DNA from: Dicyema japonicum
Lineage: Eukaryota > Animalia > Dicyemida
Direction of reading: 5' to 3'
Assembly (NCBI GenBank): GCA_011109175.1
Contig: RDEW01000014.1
Location: forward strand, 248,001-312,000
DNA: 64,000 nucleotides
Under the pieces are notes generated by a model that was not told the DNA's origin, did not search any database, and saw only the letters and a list, made by a program, of their open reading frames with translations. The translations under genes and the position numbers were made by a program. Position 1 is the first letter of the stretch. Each line of letters begins with the position of its first letter. Below, piece after piece: positions 52,800 to 64,000 of the stretch.

Positions 52800-53110
52800 T
52801 CAATTTAATTGATCTTAAATTTTAAAAATTGACCGGAAATTGACCTAAAAATACTAGTTACAACTTTATTTTCATATATAAACTACGCTTATGAAAATTG
52901 AGAGTATTTTCTATTCATCGTTTATTGAGTTATTCACAATTAAGTAATATTTTACATTATCCGCTTTAAACTTCCTATCCTTGGATAAGATTTTGTTAAG
53001 AATCGAAAATGATCGTTCCACTGCGCACGATGTAGCCTGACATGCAATCAACAAAGAATAATCTAAAGGTGAAATGGAATGATCAACGAAATTCATTATT
53101 TTTGTGATAT
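52800..53110 (-). mobile_element. hAT transposase C-terminal dimerisation fragment
   Basis: QATSCAVERSFSILNKILSKDR. Confidence 0.75.
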
Positions 53111-53435
53111 CATTAGAATTCGTCCTTTTGTTAATATAATTTTTTATTCCACATACGTCTTTTTTAAACTACATTTTTTTCAAATAAGTGCATGCTTTAT
53201 TTTTAGTAAAATTGGTAAATTCTATATTTTTATACAATCTACTAGGCAAGAGCTTTGAGGATTTGCCAATGTTCCAACAGACAATTAACAAATTTGTTTC
53301 TCCCAACATCAGCTTCTTCCACAATCAAAAAAATCTTAATTAAATTATTTAAAATAACTTTCTTATTTGAAATTAAATTAATTATTTTGGATATCTTTTG
53401 TTGAGCTAAAATTTACTATATTGCGGCAAGTAAAC

Positions 53436-53751
53436 TCTGAAGGAATAGTGGTTAGGTGTCGGGCTTAAGTGACTTAGGTTACGGGTTCGATTCTCGCTGC
53501 TGTTCATCTGGTGGAAGGTTCCACGCATCTACGATGCCAAAAGTTTGACGAGTACGCCGTCATCAGTGGATACTCACTGCGGAATTGGATTGTCTAGAAA
53601 GGACCCACTCAAGAAAAAGAAAAAAAGATGAAGATCATTCCTTGGTTCGATTAGTTAAAATTAACTGTTCTTTACTTAAATAGAGTGTGTGTCCTGCCTA
53701 TGCGGAGCTATAAATATTATGGCTCTCGTGAAAAAGGCTGTTATTATTATT
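53436..53751 (+). mobile_element. tRNA-derived SINE, subfamily B
   Basis: B box GGTTCGATTC, conserved body, (TTA)n tail; near-identical to 61736-62052. Confidence 0.85.
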
Positions 53752-54190
53752 ATGTCTAAACAAATGAAATACTCTGCGAGGTTCAAACTGCAAGCTGTAA
53801 ACTTTGCCGAAGAAACTAACAACTGTGCTGCCTCAAGAAAGTTTGGCGTAAATGAAAAACTAGTAAGAGATTGGAAACGCATTGCAACACAGCTAGCAGT
53901 GATGCCAAGAAACAAATGTGCTAATAGAAAAATAAACTGCCAGTAGCCAGCACTTGAACAAGAACTTGTATGCTGGGTCGAGGAGCAACGAAAGTGTGGG
54001 TTCGTCGTCACAAGAAATATGATTCGTCTGCGAGCTATAGCTTGTGCCAAACAAAGCAAGATTACCGATTTCAAAGGACTATAAGTTGATGTTCACGATT
54101 TTTAAAGAGAAATGACCTTGTGCTACGACAAAGAACTAAACTTGCTCAGAAAATGCCTGAAGATTTAGAGGAAAAAAATTTGAAGCGATG
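53752..54190 (+). mobile_element. pogo-like transposase N-terminal fragment (two HTH domains)
   Basis: KYSARFKLQAV..AASRKFGVNEKLVRDW; LEQELVCWV; RFLKRNDLVLRQRTKLAQK. Confidence 0.85.
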
Positions 54191-54419
54191 AATACAAAGT
54201 TGAATTTCATGACTCGGTGTATAAGTCAAGGTCGATTTTTTAGAAAAATCCACGACGCACGTGAGACCCGATGGCTTCTCCAGTTGATTTCTGTTGCAAT
54301 CGTGAGAGGCAACGCAACGTCGATAATGTCGACGGGGACCACTTTGGATGGATGGCTGTGTTAATTAATTATTAATAATTTATCAAAAATTAATCATAAT
54401 TTGTTTTTATTGCATTCTT

Positions 54420-54760
54420 TGGTTTGCGGTCATTTGCAATTCTCTTTTTACAAACAGTTAACAACTAATGGCTGCTCTCTGAATTTTCTTGACGATCTGT
54501 AAGGAAATGCGCTCAATAAGCCATCTTCTTTCTCTTTTATACTTTTTCCTGCTCCCGATAAGCGATCCTATTCGGTTCAGCAAGGTCAGTGACCTGCTTC
54601 CTATGAATCCTGATGTTTCCATGTCGTATGGTTAAAAATGAACTGTCCGAGACTTCGTATTTCTTCTTTAGGGGCTCAGCCTTTTCTGACGCTGAATCTG
54701 GGTGAGTTGTTGTCATAGCAAGGTCGGAGAGAGTCGTAAAAAATATCTCTGAAATTTGAT
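54420..54760 (-). mobile_element. CRE-clade 3' fragment
   Basis: PYDMETSGFIG and WLIERIS; homologous to the flanks of the Merlin insertion. Confidence 0.7.
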
Positions 54761-55172
54761 TAACTTAAATAGATCTCATTTTTGTTACACTCAATTACTA
54801 TTAGTCAAATAGTCCCCGTCGACAAAATTTACGTAACCCTGTCTTTCACAATGGCCAATGGGGATCAACTTGAGAAGCCATTGGATGGTTTTTTGGTGTA
54901 GTCAGACGTCTAAGCTTCTTGAGAAAGAACCGACTTTGCGCTTATTTTTTAAGTTCTCAGTCTTATTCACGTTTAGAATTTCCAATTATAGAAGGATCAA
55001 GTTTTTTTCTTAGATTCTTTCCTTGATAACAGATTAGAGAGTATTAATGACCAAATTTCCTCTAAGTCGTGAGGTTTGCCAATAGGGCGTGATGCTAATA
55101 GGGTGTAATTAAAAAATGAAATTTGTGGTGAATAATCGACTATAAAAGATTATATTCATTTATTTTCGGAAA

Positions 55173-56378
55173 ATGTCGAAATCCCTTGTACAATATGGTC
55201 CTGAGGATATGAGAATGGTAATTACTTTTATTATTTTTAAGGAAACTCAAGAAATTCCGCAACTAGGAAACAGGGGTACTAAATATAAGTTATTTTAGAC
55301 GTTTTAATCAAAATCCAATCTGTTGGAGTTTGCGGATCTGATGTTACTATTTGGAAAAACGCGGGAATTGGAACTACAAAGAATGCTCGTCCTCTCAGAC
55401 TCGGACACGAGCCCGCAGGAATCATTTCCGATGTTGGAAAGGACGTTACTTCACTGAAGATTGGTGAATATTAATGTTTCAATTTAGGTGACCGAGTTGC
55501 CGTTGAGCAATGATAAACTTGTAAGGAATGCAAATTTTGTGCTTCTGGAAAAGGAAACATGTGCGAAGATCACGAATATTTGGGTGTTTTCAATACTGAT
55601 GGGGCACTAACCGAATACCACGTGCAGAATCAGTCTTGTTGTTACAAGTAAAATAAGTAATGATCCTTTCAGGATCCCCGATTCAATGTCCTTTGATGAA
55701 GGAGCGATGGTTCAACCGCTTTCTATCGCAGTTGGAATTTGCAAGAGAGCCAAACTTCTTTTGGTCAAAAAGTGGGTCATATAGGAGGATCAGGGATCAT
55801 CGGAACATTGTGCATGATGGTTGCAAAAGCCTCTGGATGTTCGAGGGTCTGCGTTGTGGGTAATTTACCAAAATAACTTTTTAGATATTTCTAAAGATCG
55901 GATTGATACAGCAAAACAATATGGGGCAGATTGTGGAGTTGTTGTTAACGAAGGGGACACTCCAGCACAAACAACAAGTCAAATCATTGAACAGTTAGAA
56001 GGAAAAGCCGATGTTTCTTTGGATTGCTGTGGGTTCACCTCAAACATTGAGAGTGTAATGAATGTACTGCTTTGGTGTATTAGTCAAGGCAACTGTTGAT
56101 GGAGGAGTCTTAGTTTTAGTTGGAATTAAGAATGGAATCGCAAATGCTACAAGCATTATATTCAAAAATTTAGACGTTAGAGGATTCTATAAGACTTACA
56201 ATTGGTATCCAAGATGTTTTAATAATTTAGTTACCCCGATTCTATTTGAATTAATCAAGACTAAGAAAGTAGATGTGGCTAGTCTAATAACAAGCAGATA
56301 TTACATTGATGATTACCAAAAAGCATTTGACAACATGGTCAATGGAGAGTTGGCATGAAAAACATCATTTATTTCTAA
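55173..56378 (+). CDS. SORD: Zinc-dependent medium-chain dehydrogenase, sorbitol dehydrogenase-like
   Basis: VGVCGSD, LGHEPAG, GDRVAVE, CKECKFC..C, FDEGAMVQPLS, SLDCCG; about 24-nt introns; 1-nt indels at about 55508-55516 and 55757. Confidence 0.85.
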
Positions 56379-56390
56379 TCCTAATTATCA

Positions 56391-57005
56391 CTAACAATAA
56401 TTATTTATGCTTACTCTGTTAAAACTCATATTAACACTATCAAAGGAATAAGTGTCAAATATACTAGTTAAGCTACCACGTGTTGCACATGAGGCTATCA
56501 TCCGATCGTTCCCACAATAACATTTGTGGATTGAATTCCGATAACTCTTGTGAATATGAACTCTTGCCATAATGATGAGATTCTGATGGTAGAAGGATGA
56601 CTCGATCTCGCCTGGAAGATCAATGATAGGAACAACTAAGGATTTAGACAAAGATAGTTAGTTGGACGCCCTAGACTCACTAACAAATAAAAGACCGGTG
56701 GCCTTCAGATCCCCATCTCAATTTTCTGATGCACAATGACAGTGGAGGTTCCAGTTCTTTAAAATCTCTTCGAGGAGGATAATAGCTTGTTCTGGATGGG
56801 TGAACTTTGAATTTTCACTTAGAAGTAAACAGAGCGAGCAGAGTAGTTCTCTTTCTGGGGTGATTTTTGACGATCTTCGTGATACCAAATAAGGGCTACG
56901 ACGAAGGAATCTGAGAAATTTAGTTGTGACGATAATTTTCCATAGGTTATTGACTGAGACAAGTGATGACGATAATGGAAGGTATTGAAGATTTTCGATT
57001 CCCAA
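56391..57005 (-). pseudogene. Divergent PROPPIN (WIPI/WDR45-like) WD40 fragment, convergent with SORD
   Basis: IASCATRGSLTSIFDT resembles the PROPPIN ATASEKGTLIRIFDT motif; canonical 24-nt intron at 56391-56414; C-terminal half not found. Confidence 0.35.
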
Positions 57006-57009
57006 TGGA

Positions 57010-58010
57010 GATGATTGACCGAGGATGCAAGTTTGATGTTTCTAAACCGGTTTAGTGCTGTCTTGGATCATCGAAATACTGCCGTCTCGAAGATCCTTGA
57101 GAAGACTCCCTGACCCTCATCGATACATTGAGAAATCCATCCTGGGTTTGTAATAGTTTTTCCTGATTCACTGAATCAATAGCTTTTGATATGTCAATTT
57201 CAAGGATTATCGTTGTCACTTTAAATTTTTGTGTCATAGGGAACCTCCATTTGTGACTTCATAAACATCCGAAATTGATCTACTTTTAACGGAACCCGCT
57301 ATGGTATGCCGACAAGTAAAAGTCTATTTGATTTTCAATTTCATGAAGAGAGATACTGACTATCATTTAATAGTGTTTTTATCAAAATAACTGGTATGAG
57401 GTTCTCCATTTTATCCCCCTATCCCTAGGATGTAAATTTTCTGAGATTTCATACTATATAATTGATCGTGGGGTTCCCTTCTTCCCAGTGGCTACTTGGT
57501 CGAATGTTTCTTACAGAAGATATATCCGGCCACGGCGCGAAGGGCGTTCATTTTCTTGCTTGTTTTTGCAACCACGTGGGCCATGTGGGAGGAGAACGTG
57601 GGGCATTAATCGTAGATTACTCCCATTATTTCAGTGTTTTTGAGACAGGGAGGACTTCCCAAACATTTTCAGCGACGGTTTTGTGTCTAGTTGATGTCGT
57701 TAAATCCATCTGCGATAAAGTCAGTTAACTTGGTTAGATGGATTGAGGTTGAATGTTTTGCGCGGAAGAGTTGGAAAAATTTAGATATGAATATATCTAG
57801 TTGAGATTGTATTTCTCGAAAATCTAGGATGCAGCACAGAGGAAGGAAATTGGTCGGAAAGATCCTGACTCACGCAGGTCCTTGTTAGGTTTTAGAGTCA
57901 GGATTATTGTCGATTGTTTCCAAAGCATGAGCATAAATCCCGAGTTCAGGGAGGCTTGAAAGATGTCCGTAAGTTTGGCCCAAGATTCTTTAGATCAGTG
58001 TCATCTTAAC
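57010..58010 (-). mobile_element. Jockey/I-like RT fragments
   Basis: DISKAIDSVN; SFRPISFL; KMNALRAVAG. Confidence 0.7.
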
Positions 58011-58129
58011 GAGGAGCGATTCTTGAATTAATTATTTTTTTAGATAATTTATTTTAAATAATTAAATAATATATAGCATGTAACTTTTTCAATGGGACCT
58101 GTTAAAAAATAAAATAATTGTGACCGGTT

Positions 58130-58286
58130 AAACGATCTGAAAGCTGTAAAGAAAACATTGGCATCTGGCGACGAGCTGGACACACTGAAAGATCTTGCTA
58201 AGAACAGAAAAGCCTGGAAGAACCTAACTCTTTCTCTTATATTTTTTACTGCACATACTATGGCTTTCGTGAAATAATAATAATAA
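58130..58286 (+). mobile_element. RTE-like extreme 3' end
   Basis: ELDTLKDLAKNRKAW followed by ATGGCTTTCGTGAAA and (TAA)n. Confidence 0.65.
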
Positions 58287-58869
58287 GGCTAGACTGATAA
58301 TGAGCCGCAAAAATAGATTTAACCATTAAAGCCGTTTTAAACCGTTTGTTTGCAATGTGTGTGGATTTTTCTAAAGAAGCGATCTCACTTATTAAATACG
58401 CAAGTATCTATAATCACTAGGAAAACCTAAAGAAAAAACTGACTAAATGATAAAAAGTAGCTACATTAATAAATATAAATCCTCATTTATTTCTTTATTT
58501 TAATTAATATAACCGATTCGCGTTCTATCCATTGTGGTCGAGACAACTGGAGGAAGAAGTGGGAAATCGCTTTGCTTCCCAAAGAAACTTGGACGCCTAG
58601 CTTTTCTAATAATTTCCCGTCCCTTTTTGAATTATGGTTGCCAGAGTACTATTTAAAGAAAATTTATCAAAACAACGAGAACTATGCTGTTCCTGCCTGG
58701 GGTCCCTGTTTATCAATAATAAACGTCGAAAAATACAAATGACTCAAAACTCTGCTCTAAGAAAAATTATTGTAACCGTCCGTACGTGGAACTCTACAAG
58801 AACCAATCAAAATCAAAAATAGTTCTCGGATAAGTCAAATTTTTCTGAGTTGAATGGTGTAATTTTTAG

Positions 58870-59110
58870 TTAAAAAAGAGTATATTTTTGGAATACCAAG
58901 AACACCGTGGGTTCAAGGCCAGGTTGAGAGGTATCATTTATATAATAATGTCTCTTAAAAAATGGTTATCATCCGTTTCTTCTGAAGGAATTCTGGGAAA
59001 ATATCAATGCAGTCTGGGAGATATTGTATTCAGTTACAATATTACCAATCACAAGACCACCAAACATGCTCCATTCTAGATTTTTAATGGAGTGGATTAT
59101 CCTCTACATA
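58870..59110 (+). mobile_element. DDE integrase (rve; Gypsy/GIN/KRBA-like) fragment
   Basis: PRTPWVQGQVER and IVFSYNITNHKTTKHAPF. Confidence 0.7.
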
Positions 59111-59874
59111 TATCGGATGAACGTTTAAATAGATTACTACAGTATGAAGAAAATGAAGACTAATTATGTCAAGGGATTCTGCTCGAAGGCATACTTTGGT
59201 AGCTGCAGAAAAAAAGCGAAAGAAAAGAAGATGGAAAATAAAGAAGAATCATTGAACATAGGAAATAGATTTATTCTACGGATGGATTGTGACTACAACG
59301 AAAAAAGGTGCTTTATATGAGTACTTGGACACTACAGTTCATCTAGTAGTGGATATACAAGGAAATGTGGTCCACATAGATGGTGGTAACTCGCAAATAA
59401 TGATAGTCCACCATAGCCGTATTAAAAAATTATTGTAAATGACTTTCCATTCTATAAATATTTTTTAATTTTTTTTGGCTTAATGTGGAGATTAGATTTA
59501 AATGTTAATTAGGAATGAGATTAGGTATTGATTATGGTTGATATTAAAAATTGCTAAGGGTTGAGATCACACTTACATGGTTAAGAGATAGGTTTTATGA
59601 TATTTTTAGGTAAAGGGATAAATTTTCGAATAATTGTTTAATTAACATAAAAAATGTTTTAATTTAAAAAAAGAGGAAAAATGATAGAAGAGAAAGGATC
59701 TCATTTCCTTGCAAATTGTCAGGGGATGCATTCTCAATTATGAGGGCAGCCAGTAGTTGCTAACTGTTAGTTTTGTCTTTAATTGGCTCATAAATTTAAA
59801 AAAAAGGAAAAAAGGCCAAGTATTGTAACGTTTAATTTAGTGTAACTGTAATGGCATGTGACATTACTATTAAC

Positions 59875-61715
59875 CAGGGTTGTTAAAAATCATGATTTTT
59901 ATGAAAATATCTGATTTTTTGATTTAAGCAAGATTTTTTTAATTTAAATCAGATTTTTATTCGGAAACAAAGTAAAATAAAAATAATGTAAATCGTATTT
60001 ATTTATTTAGAAGCTTGTAAACAAAGACAAGTTTGGCAGATTTTTCAATTCCCAGAGTATTTAGTACATTTGAATGTAATAACCCAAAAGTCGAAAAAAT
60101 TCGTTTTATTACCTGTGAATGCAACTGCTCCAAGAATTTTTTGCGGTGAAATTACTTCAGAAGGTAACTGGTAAGAGTTCGACTCCAACCAAGCTATAGG
60201 TGATACTTTGCTCAATAAATTCGGAGCGAACATGTATAGTTTGAATAAATCAGCTTTTGCTCTGAAATTAATCAAAGTCGGAAGATCATATTCTTAATGT
60301 TCAGCACAATACTCCAAGGCGAGGTCAATCTCACCAGTTGAAAGAGATCTCCCACAACGTGTTGGGTCCATTAGACTCGCAACTAAGTGGAAAGGTGTTA
60401 ATTCTTGATCTGCTCGAGTTTTCACTTTTTCTAAAATAATCGTACATTCATAGTCAATATAAGTCTGTTCAAGTTCTTTCCAAATTTCTACAGAATGACT
60501 AATCGTCTTAGAATCGTTTTGAATTTTGTCAAAGCGACAGCAATTGGTTTGATCAACCGCAAATATTCTTCAACGCGTCGTTTTAGGCAAATATTTTGTA
60601 CTTTGGAAGCAATCTCTGTATCAATATTCAATCTGTGTTCCTCACAAATTCTCAAAATTATAGATCAATTATCCAGATAAGATTGAGAACAGTCTGATAA
60701 AGTGTTTCAGCGAACATCAATCGGAAGAACAAGTTTTTTCCTCCAGCAGATTTGTACCATGCTGCTGGAAGATGACGTTTCGAAAGTATTTATTTATTCT
60801 TAAGATGGTTTCTTTGACGTCAGCTACTATGACATCTTTTGAGAGAAGGTTGAGATAATGTGCCGAGCAGCCACATGTATAATTTCATCGTGTGTTTGCA
60901 TCAATATCCGCCTCATTTTAGTTATGTTGGCAGCATTGTCAGTTACAAGACTCCCGATTTTACATCCAAACCGTTGCTCGGCGGACTTTGCAGAGGCTAA
61001 AGCAACAGATTGAAGATACTCCGCGTTGTTGCTATATCCAGAGATGTCCACAGTGTCAATTAGATAGATTTCTCCGTCCGATGTTACAACTGACACTTAA
61101 ATAACAGGTTCATTATGAATGTTACTTAACCGTCCAACATCATAGACACTGACTTTTCCTGGAGTCTTTGCGACAGTCTTCATGTAATTGGTCGTACACA
61201 TCATCGAACAACGGACCACCAATTTGATGACGAGAGTAAACGATACCCAGAAGAAGTATTTCGACGAATTTGACAAATTCCGGATGTTCTACAGCAGCAA
61301 AAGGAGTGCTACTGGAATATATGTATCTAGCGAGTTGCACATCAATCAAATTTTTCTTATATGACGTCGTCGCAGCAACGAAATTGATTAAAGACTGGTC
61401 CCTCATCTTGGGAGGAATTCGCTGATCAAATCACTTTCAGGTTTCGACAGATTTTCAGGATATCAATATTAGTTCAACATAACAAATGATGCTGCCTCAT
61501 CCGAGATACGAGACTTTGACCTCCTTCCGCAATTACGGCATCTGGCTCGACTCCCGCTCTTTCCAGGAATAATACGTTTATCGAAGTGAACCCACAAGGC
61601 ATCACGCTTTCTTCCAGACATTAAAAAAATTTTAATGATTTTTTTGATTTTTTATAATGTAAATCATTGATTTTTTTGTTGATTAAAATCAAATGATTTA
61701 AATCTAACAACCCTG
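59875..61715 (-). mobile_element. Full-length degenerate hAT transposon
   Basis: 11-bp TIR CAGGGTTGTTA; perfect 8-bp TSD CTATTAAC (59867-59874, 61716-61723); transposase trace about 61621 to 60005 with BED-like finger, VTDNAAN and hAT dimerisation motif. Confidence 0.93.
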
Positions 61716-61735
61716 CTATTAACTGTCCAATTATC

Positions 61736-62052
61736 TGAAGACCGGGTGGCATAGTGGTTAGGTGTCGGGCTAAAGTGGCTTAGGTTACGGGTTCGATTCT
61801 CGCTGCTGTTCACCTGGTGGAAGGTTCCACGCATCTACGATGCCAAAAAAGTTTGACGAGTGACGCCGTCATCAGTGGATACTCACAGCGGAACTGGATT
61901 GTCTAGAAAGGACCCACACTCAAGAAAAAGAAAAAAAGATTGAAAATCATTCCTTGGTTCGATTAGTTAAAATTAACTGTTCTTTACTTAAATAAAGTGT
62001 GTGTCTTGCCTATGCGGAGCTATAAATATTATGGCTCTCGTGGAAAGGCTAT
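61736..62052 (+). mobile_element. tRNA-derived SINE, subfamily B
   Basis: A box TGGCATAGTGG, B box GGTTCGATTC, body and tail as at 53436. Confidence 0.88.
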
Positions 62053-62243
62053 TAAAAAAATTATCTAGATAGTGATTAACTTTTTCTCGGTGTATTTGGG
62101 ATTAATAAAATAATTGCGGTCAAGTTTTTTTTATTCTGATCGTGGAAGGAAGTGCCTTATTGGTATATTCTTAAGGCAAAATTAAAATTTCTATTTTTGG
62201 CAATACAATTAGTAATAATAACTTGTTCAGCGTAAATTTAACG

Positions 62244-62697
62244 ATGATAAGCTGGGGATTGATCTCTGCATTAGTTTCGTTCTTTGGCATATTCAGTAAG
62301 CCATTTATGTAACCTCCTAATAGTGCCTACGATTGGAACACTCATTTCTATTTTTGGACCTCAAGTTGATGTTGATCACTCCATTAAAATGGCACGAGCC
62401 AACTTAGAAGCTAATTACCACCCGTGTCTATATGGAACACTCATGATAAACGACAGAATGATAGACCTTGTGGCGACGGATAAGACTAGTGAAAACTGGG
62501 TTAAATATAAAAATATAAATTCACCACAAAAATTCTTCGTTGGATCTTTCGACTCCTTTGTTGGTAGTGACGGGTCAGGGATTTACATTTCAACTAACAA
62601 TAAAAGCAATGAAACATCAATTTACTCTTTCAACGATGATAATCTAATTAATGGTGTAATCGAAGACAGTGGAAGTTTTGCTTGTAAAACCAAATAA
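62244..62697 (+). CDS. Hypothetical secreted or membrane protein, about 141 aa
   Basis: ATG 62244; canonical 28-nt intron GTAAG..TAG (62296-62323) joins in frame to the long ORF; hydrophobic N-terminus MISWGLISALVSFFGIFMPTIG. Confidence 0.6.
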
Positions 62698-62869
62698 TTT
62701 TTATTTTTGTCTATTTTCTGTAATAATAAACATAACAATTAAACCCTTAATATTTCCTACTAAGAAAAGATCCCTGATAATAGTCCTTACTTTACTAATC
62801 AAGAAAAGACTCCTGGGAACATAATAAAAGTTCCAAAACACGAATTTTCGTGGTTGGTTGGAACGGAAA

Positions 62870-63120
62870 TTTATTTATTAACCCCAGGATTATAATCTTT
62901 GGTAAGCTCAGCACAAACAGTCGCAACTAATAATCCAAGGAGAACGTCTGCTGGTGTCGACAAAATCCATCTTCCGAAAGGAAATTACAGCAGAAGGGAG
63001 ATGGAGGAGTAAGTTCACCCTCTTCCATTTTCATCACATGTCCTACCGTCACGGATATTACATCATTTTTTGGCGGAAGAGTTCTCATACTGGTAATCTT
63101 CATCAGTGGAGTTGGTAAGG
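62870..63120 (-). mobile_element. LINE 3' end repeat
   Basis: Homologous to 17150-17400; ends in GGGGTTAATAAATAAA. Confidence 0.65.
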
Positions 63121-63890
63121 GAGAAGGTAGGAAGGACCCTTTCAGCTACTGTATCGTTCCAGAAGGACTCGTCTTTTCACATGTGGGACCTGTTTTACGA
63201 GAATTGACCTTGGCTGAAAACTCCATTTTTCGGATTCGAGCATACGACTGTCAGATCCGAAGTCATCAGACATTACGTTCAACCAGTAGGCCAACAAAAA
63301 TCTATTTACTGATCTAGAAATATAAGTTGAGGGATAAATTTGGGCGTCACATATTCAGAATAGTTCTCAACAAGAAAAGTTAATCTTTAATGGCGCATTC
63401 AAGGCAAGGTTAAACATCTTGATGCTATTTTCTTAAGAAAAAACATGAACATCAAATTATAACAGAAAAAAGAGGCTATACTTGCTAGAAAGGTTTTTAA
63501 TTCTATTTCTGGCCCCAAACAAAGTGGGAATCTCCAATGATCTTAGTAGTCATAAAAAATATTTATCAAAAGTTTTAACAACCGACTTATCGAAAAAAAC
63601 AAAATATAGTCCCAAATTGGCCATTTTTGGTTGCTTTGAATTTGGTGGCCAATTTGAAAAAATAAAATCAATATTTTTGAAGAAAATAAACAAAGAATTT
63701 TTAGAAAAATGCTTTAAATCAGTGGTTCTTAATTTGTTTAAGTCAGCGCCCCCTTTTGATGCAATTTTGAAGCTTCAAAATTTCGTTTGTTAAAATGCAT
63801 CGGGATCACGTGATAATTAGTTTTGTTTTACCGTGGTCTTGGGTTAAATAAATAAATCAATCAAAATCAAAAAAATCAAAAAAAATTTAC

Positions 63891-64000
63891 GCCTCGTGGC
63901 GACTTTGGTGCTGCGCGGCTAATTGGAGTAAGTTTTATGTTTGTTTGTCTGTTTCTCCTCTCTCTTCCTATTAGAGTGGCGATTTTTCCAAGTGGCGTCT
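63891..64000 (+). repeat. 5' part of the pseudoknot SINE-like repeat (cut by window end)
   Basis: Head GCCTCGTGGCG..GGTGCTGCG and CTTCCTATTAGAGTGGCG as at 36697 and 47759. Confidence 0.75.

Noticed and set aside
60045-60700. Apparent host-gene fragment captured inside the hAT element (Pack-hAT)
   Set aside because: Translation across the frameshifts gives the C-terminal half of the hAT transposase itself
53940-60740. TGA or TAG at expected Trp positions in transposases, suggesting an alternative genetic code
   Set aside because: Host genes use TGG for conserved Trp and TAA/TGA as stops; these are decay mutations
1-64000. CRISPR arrays, rRNA genes, prokaryotic operons, organellar inserts; most short ORFs in the supplied track
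   Set aside because: No regularly spaced repeats or rRNA-like segments were seen; most ORFs are antisense or shifted frames of the genes and transposon remnants listed

Overview
AT-rich eukaryotic nuclear DNA from a ciliated animal with extremely short spliceosomal introns (mostly 20-28 nt) and the standard genetic code. Metazoan-type genes (EED, RFX, NRBP, tetraspanin), cilium genes (B9D1, DNAAF1) and this intron size best fit a dicyemid mesozoan; this is an inference, no search was run. About eight host genes and one tRNA-Arg(TCG) sit in a dense patchwork of transposon fragments. Non-LTR retroelements include RTE-, Jockey/I-, CRE- and R4/Dong-like types. DNA transposons include pogo, hAT and Merlin types with recognisable TIRs and TSDs, and there are two short retroposed repeat families. 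The most striking signal is a dispersed repeat whose copies keep an HDV-ribozyme-like nested pseudoknot, with compensatory base changes between copies; it lies inside SINE-like elements and in LINE 3' ends rather than at a 5' end. Two LINE remnants also carry 2A-like (D-x-E-x-NPGP) motifs directly before the APE domain. Several conserved genes have single-base indels in homopolymers, probably long-read assembly errors. Transposon boundaries are approximate unless a TSD or TIR is cited.
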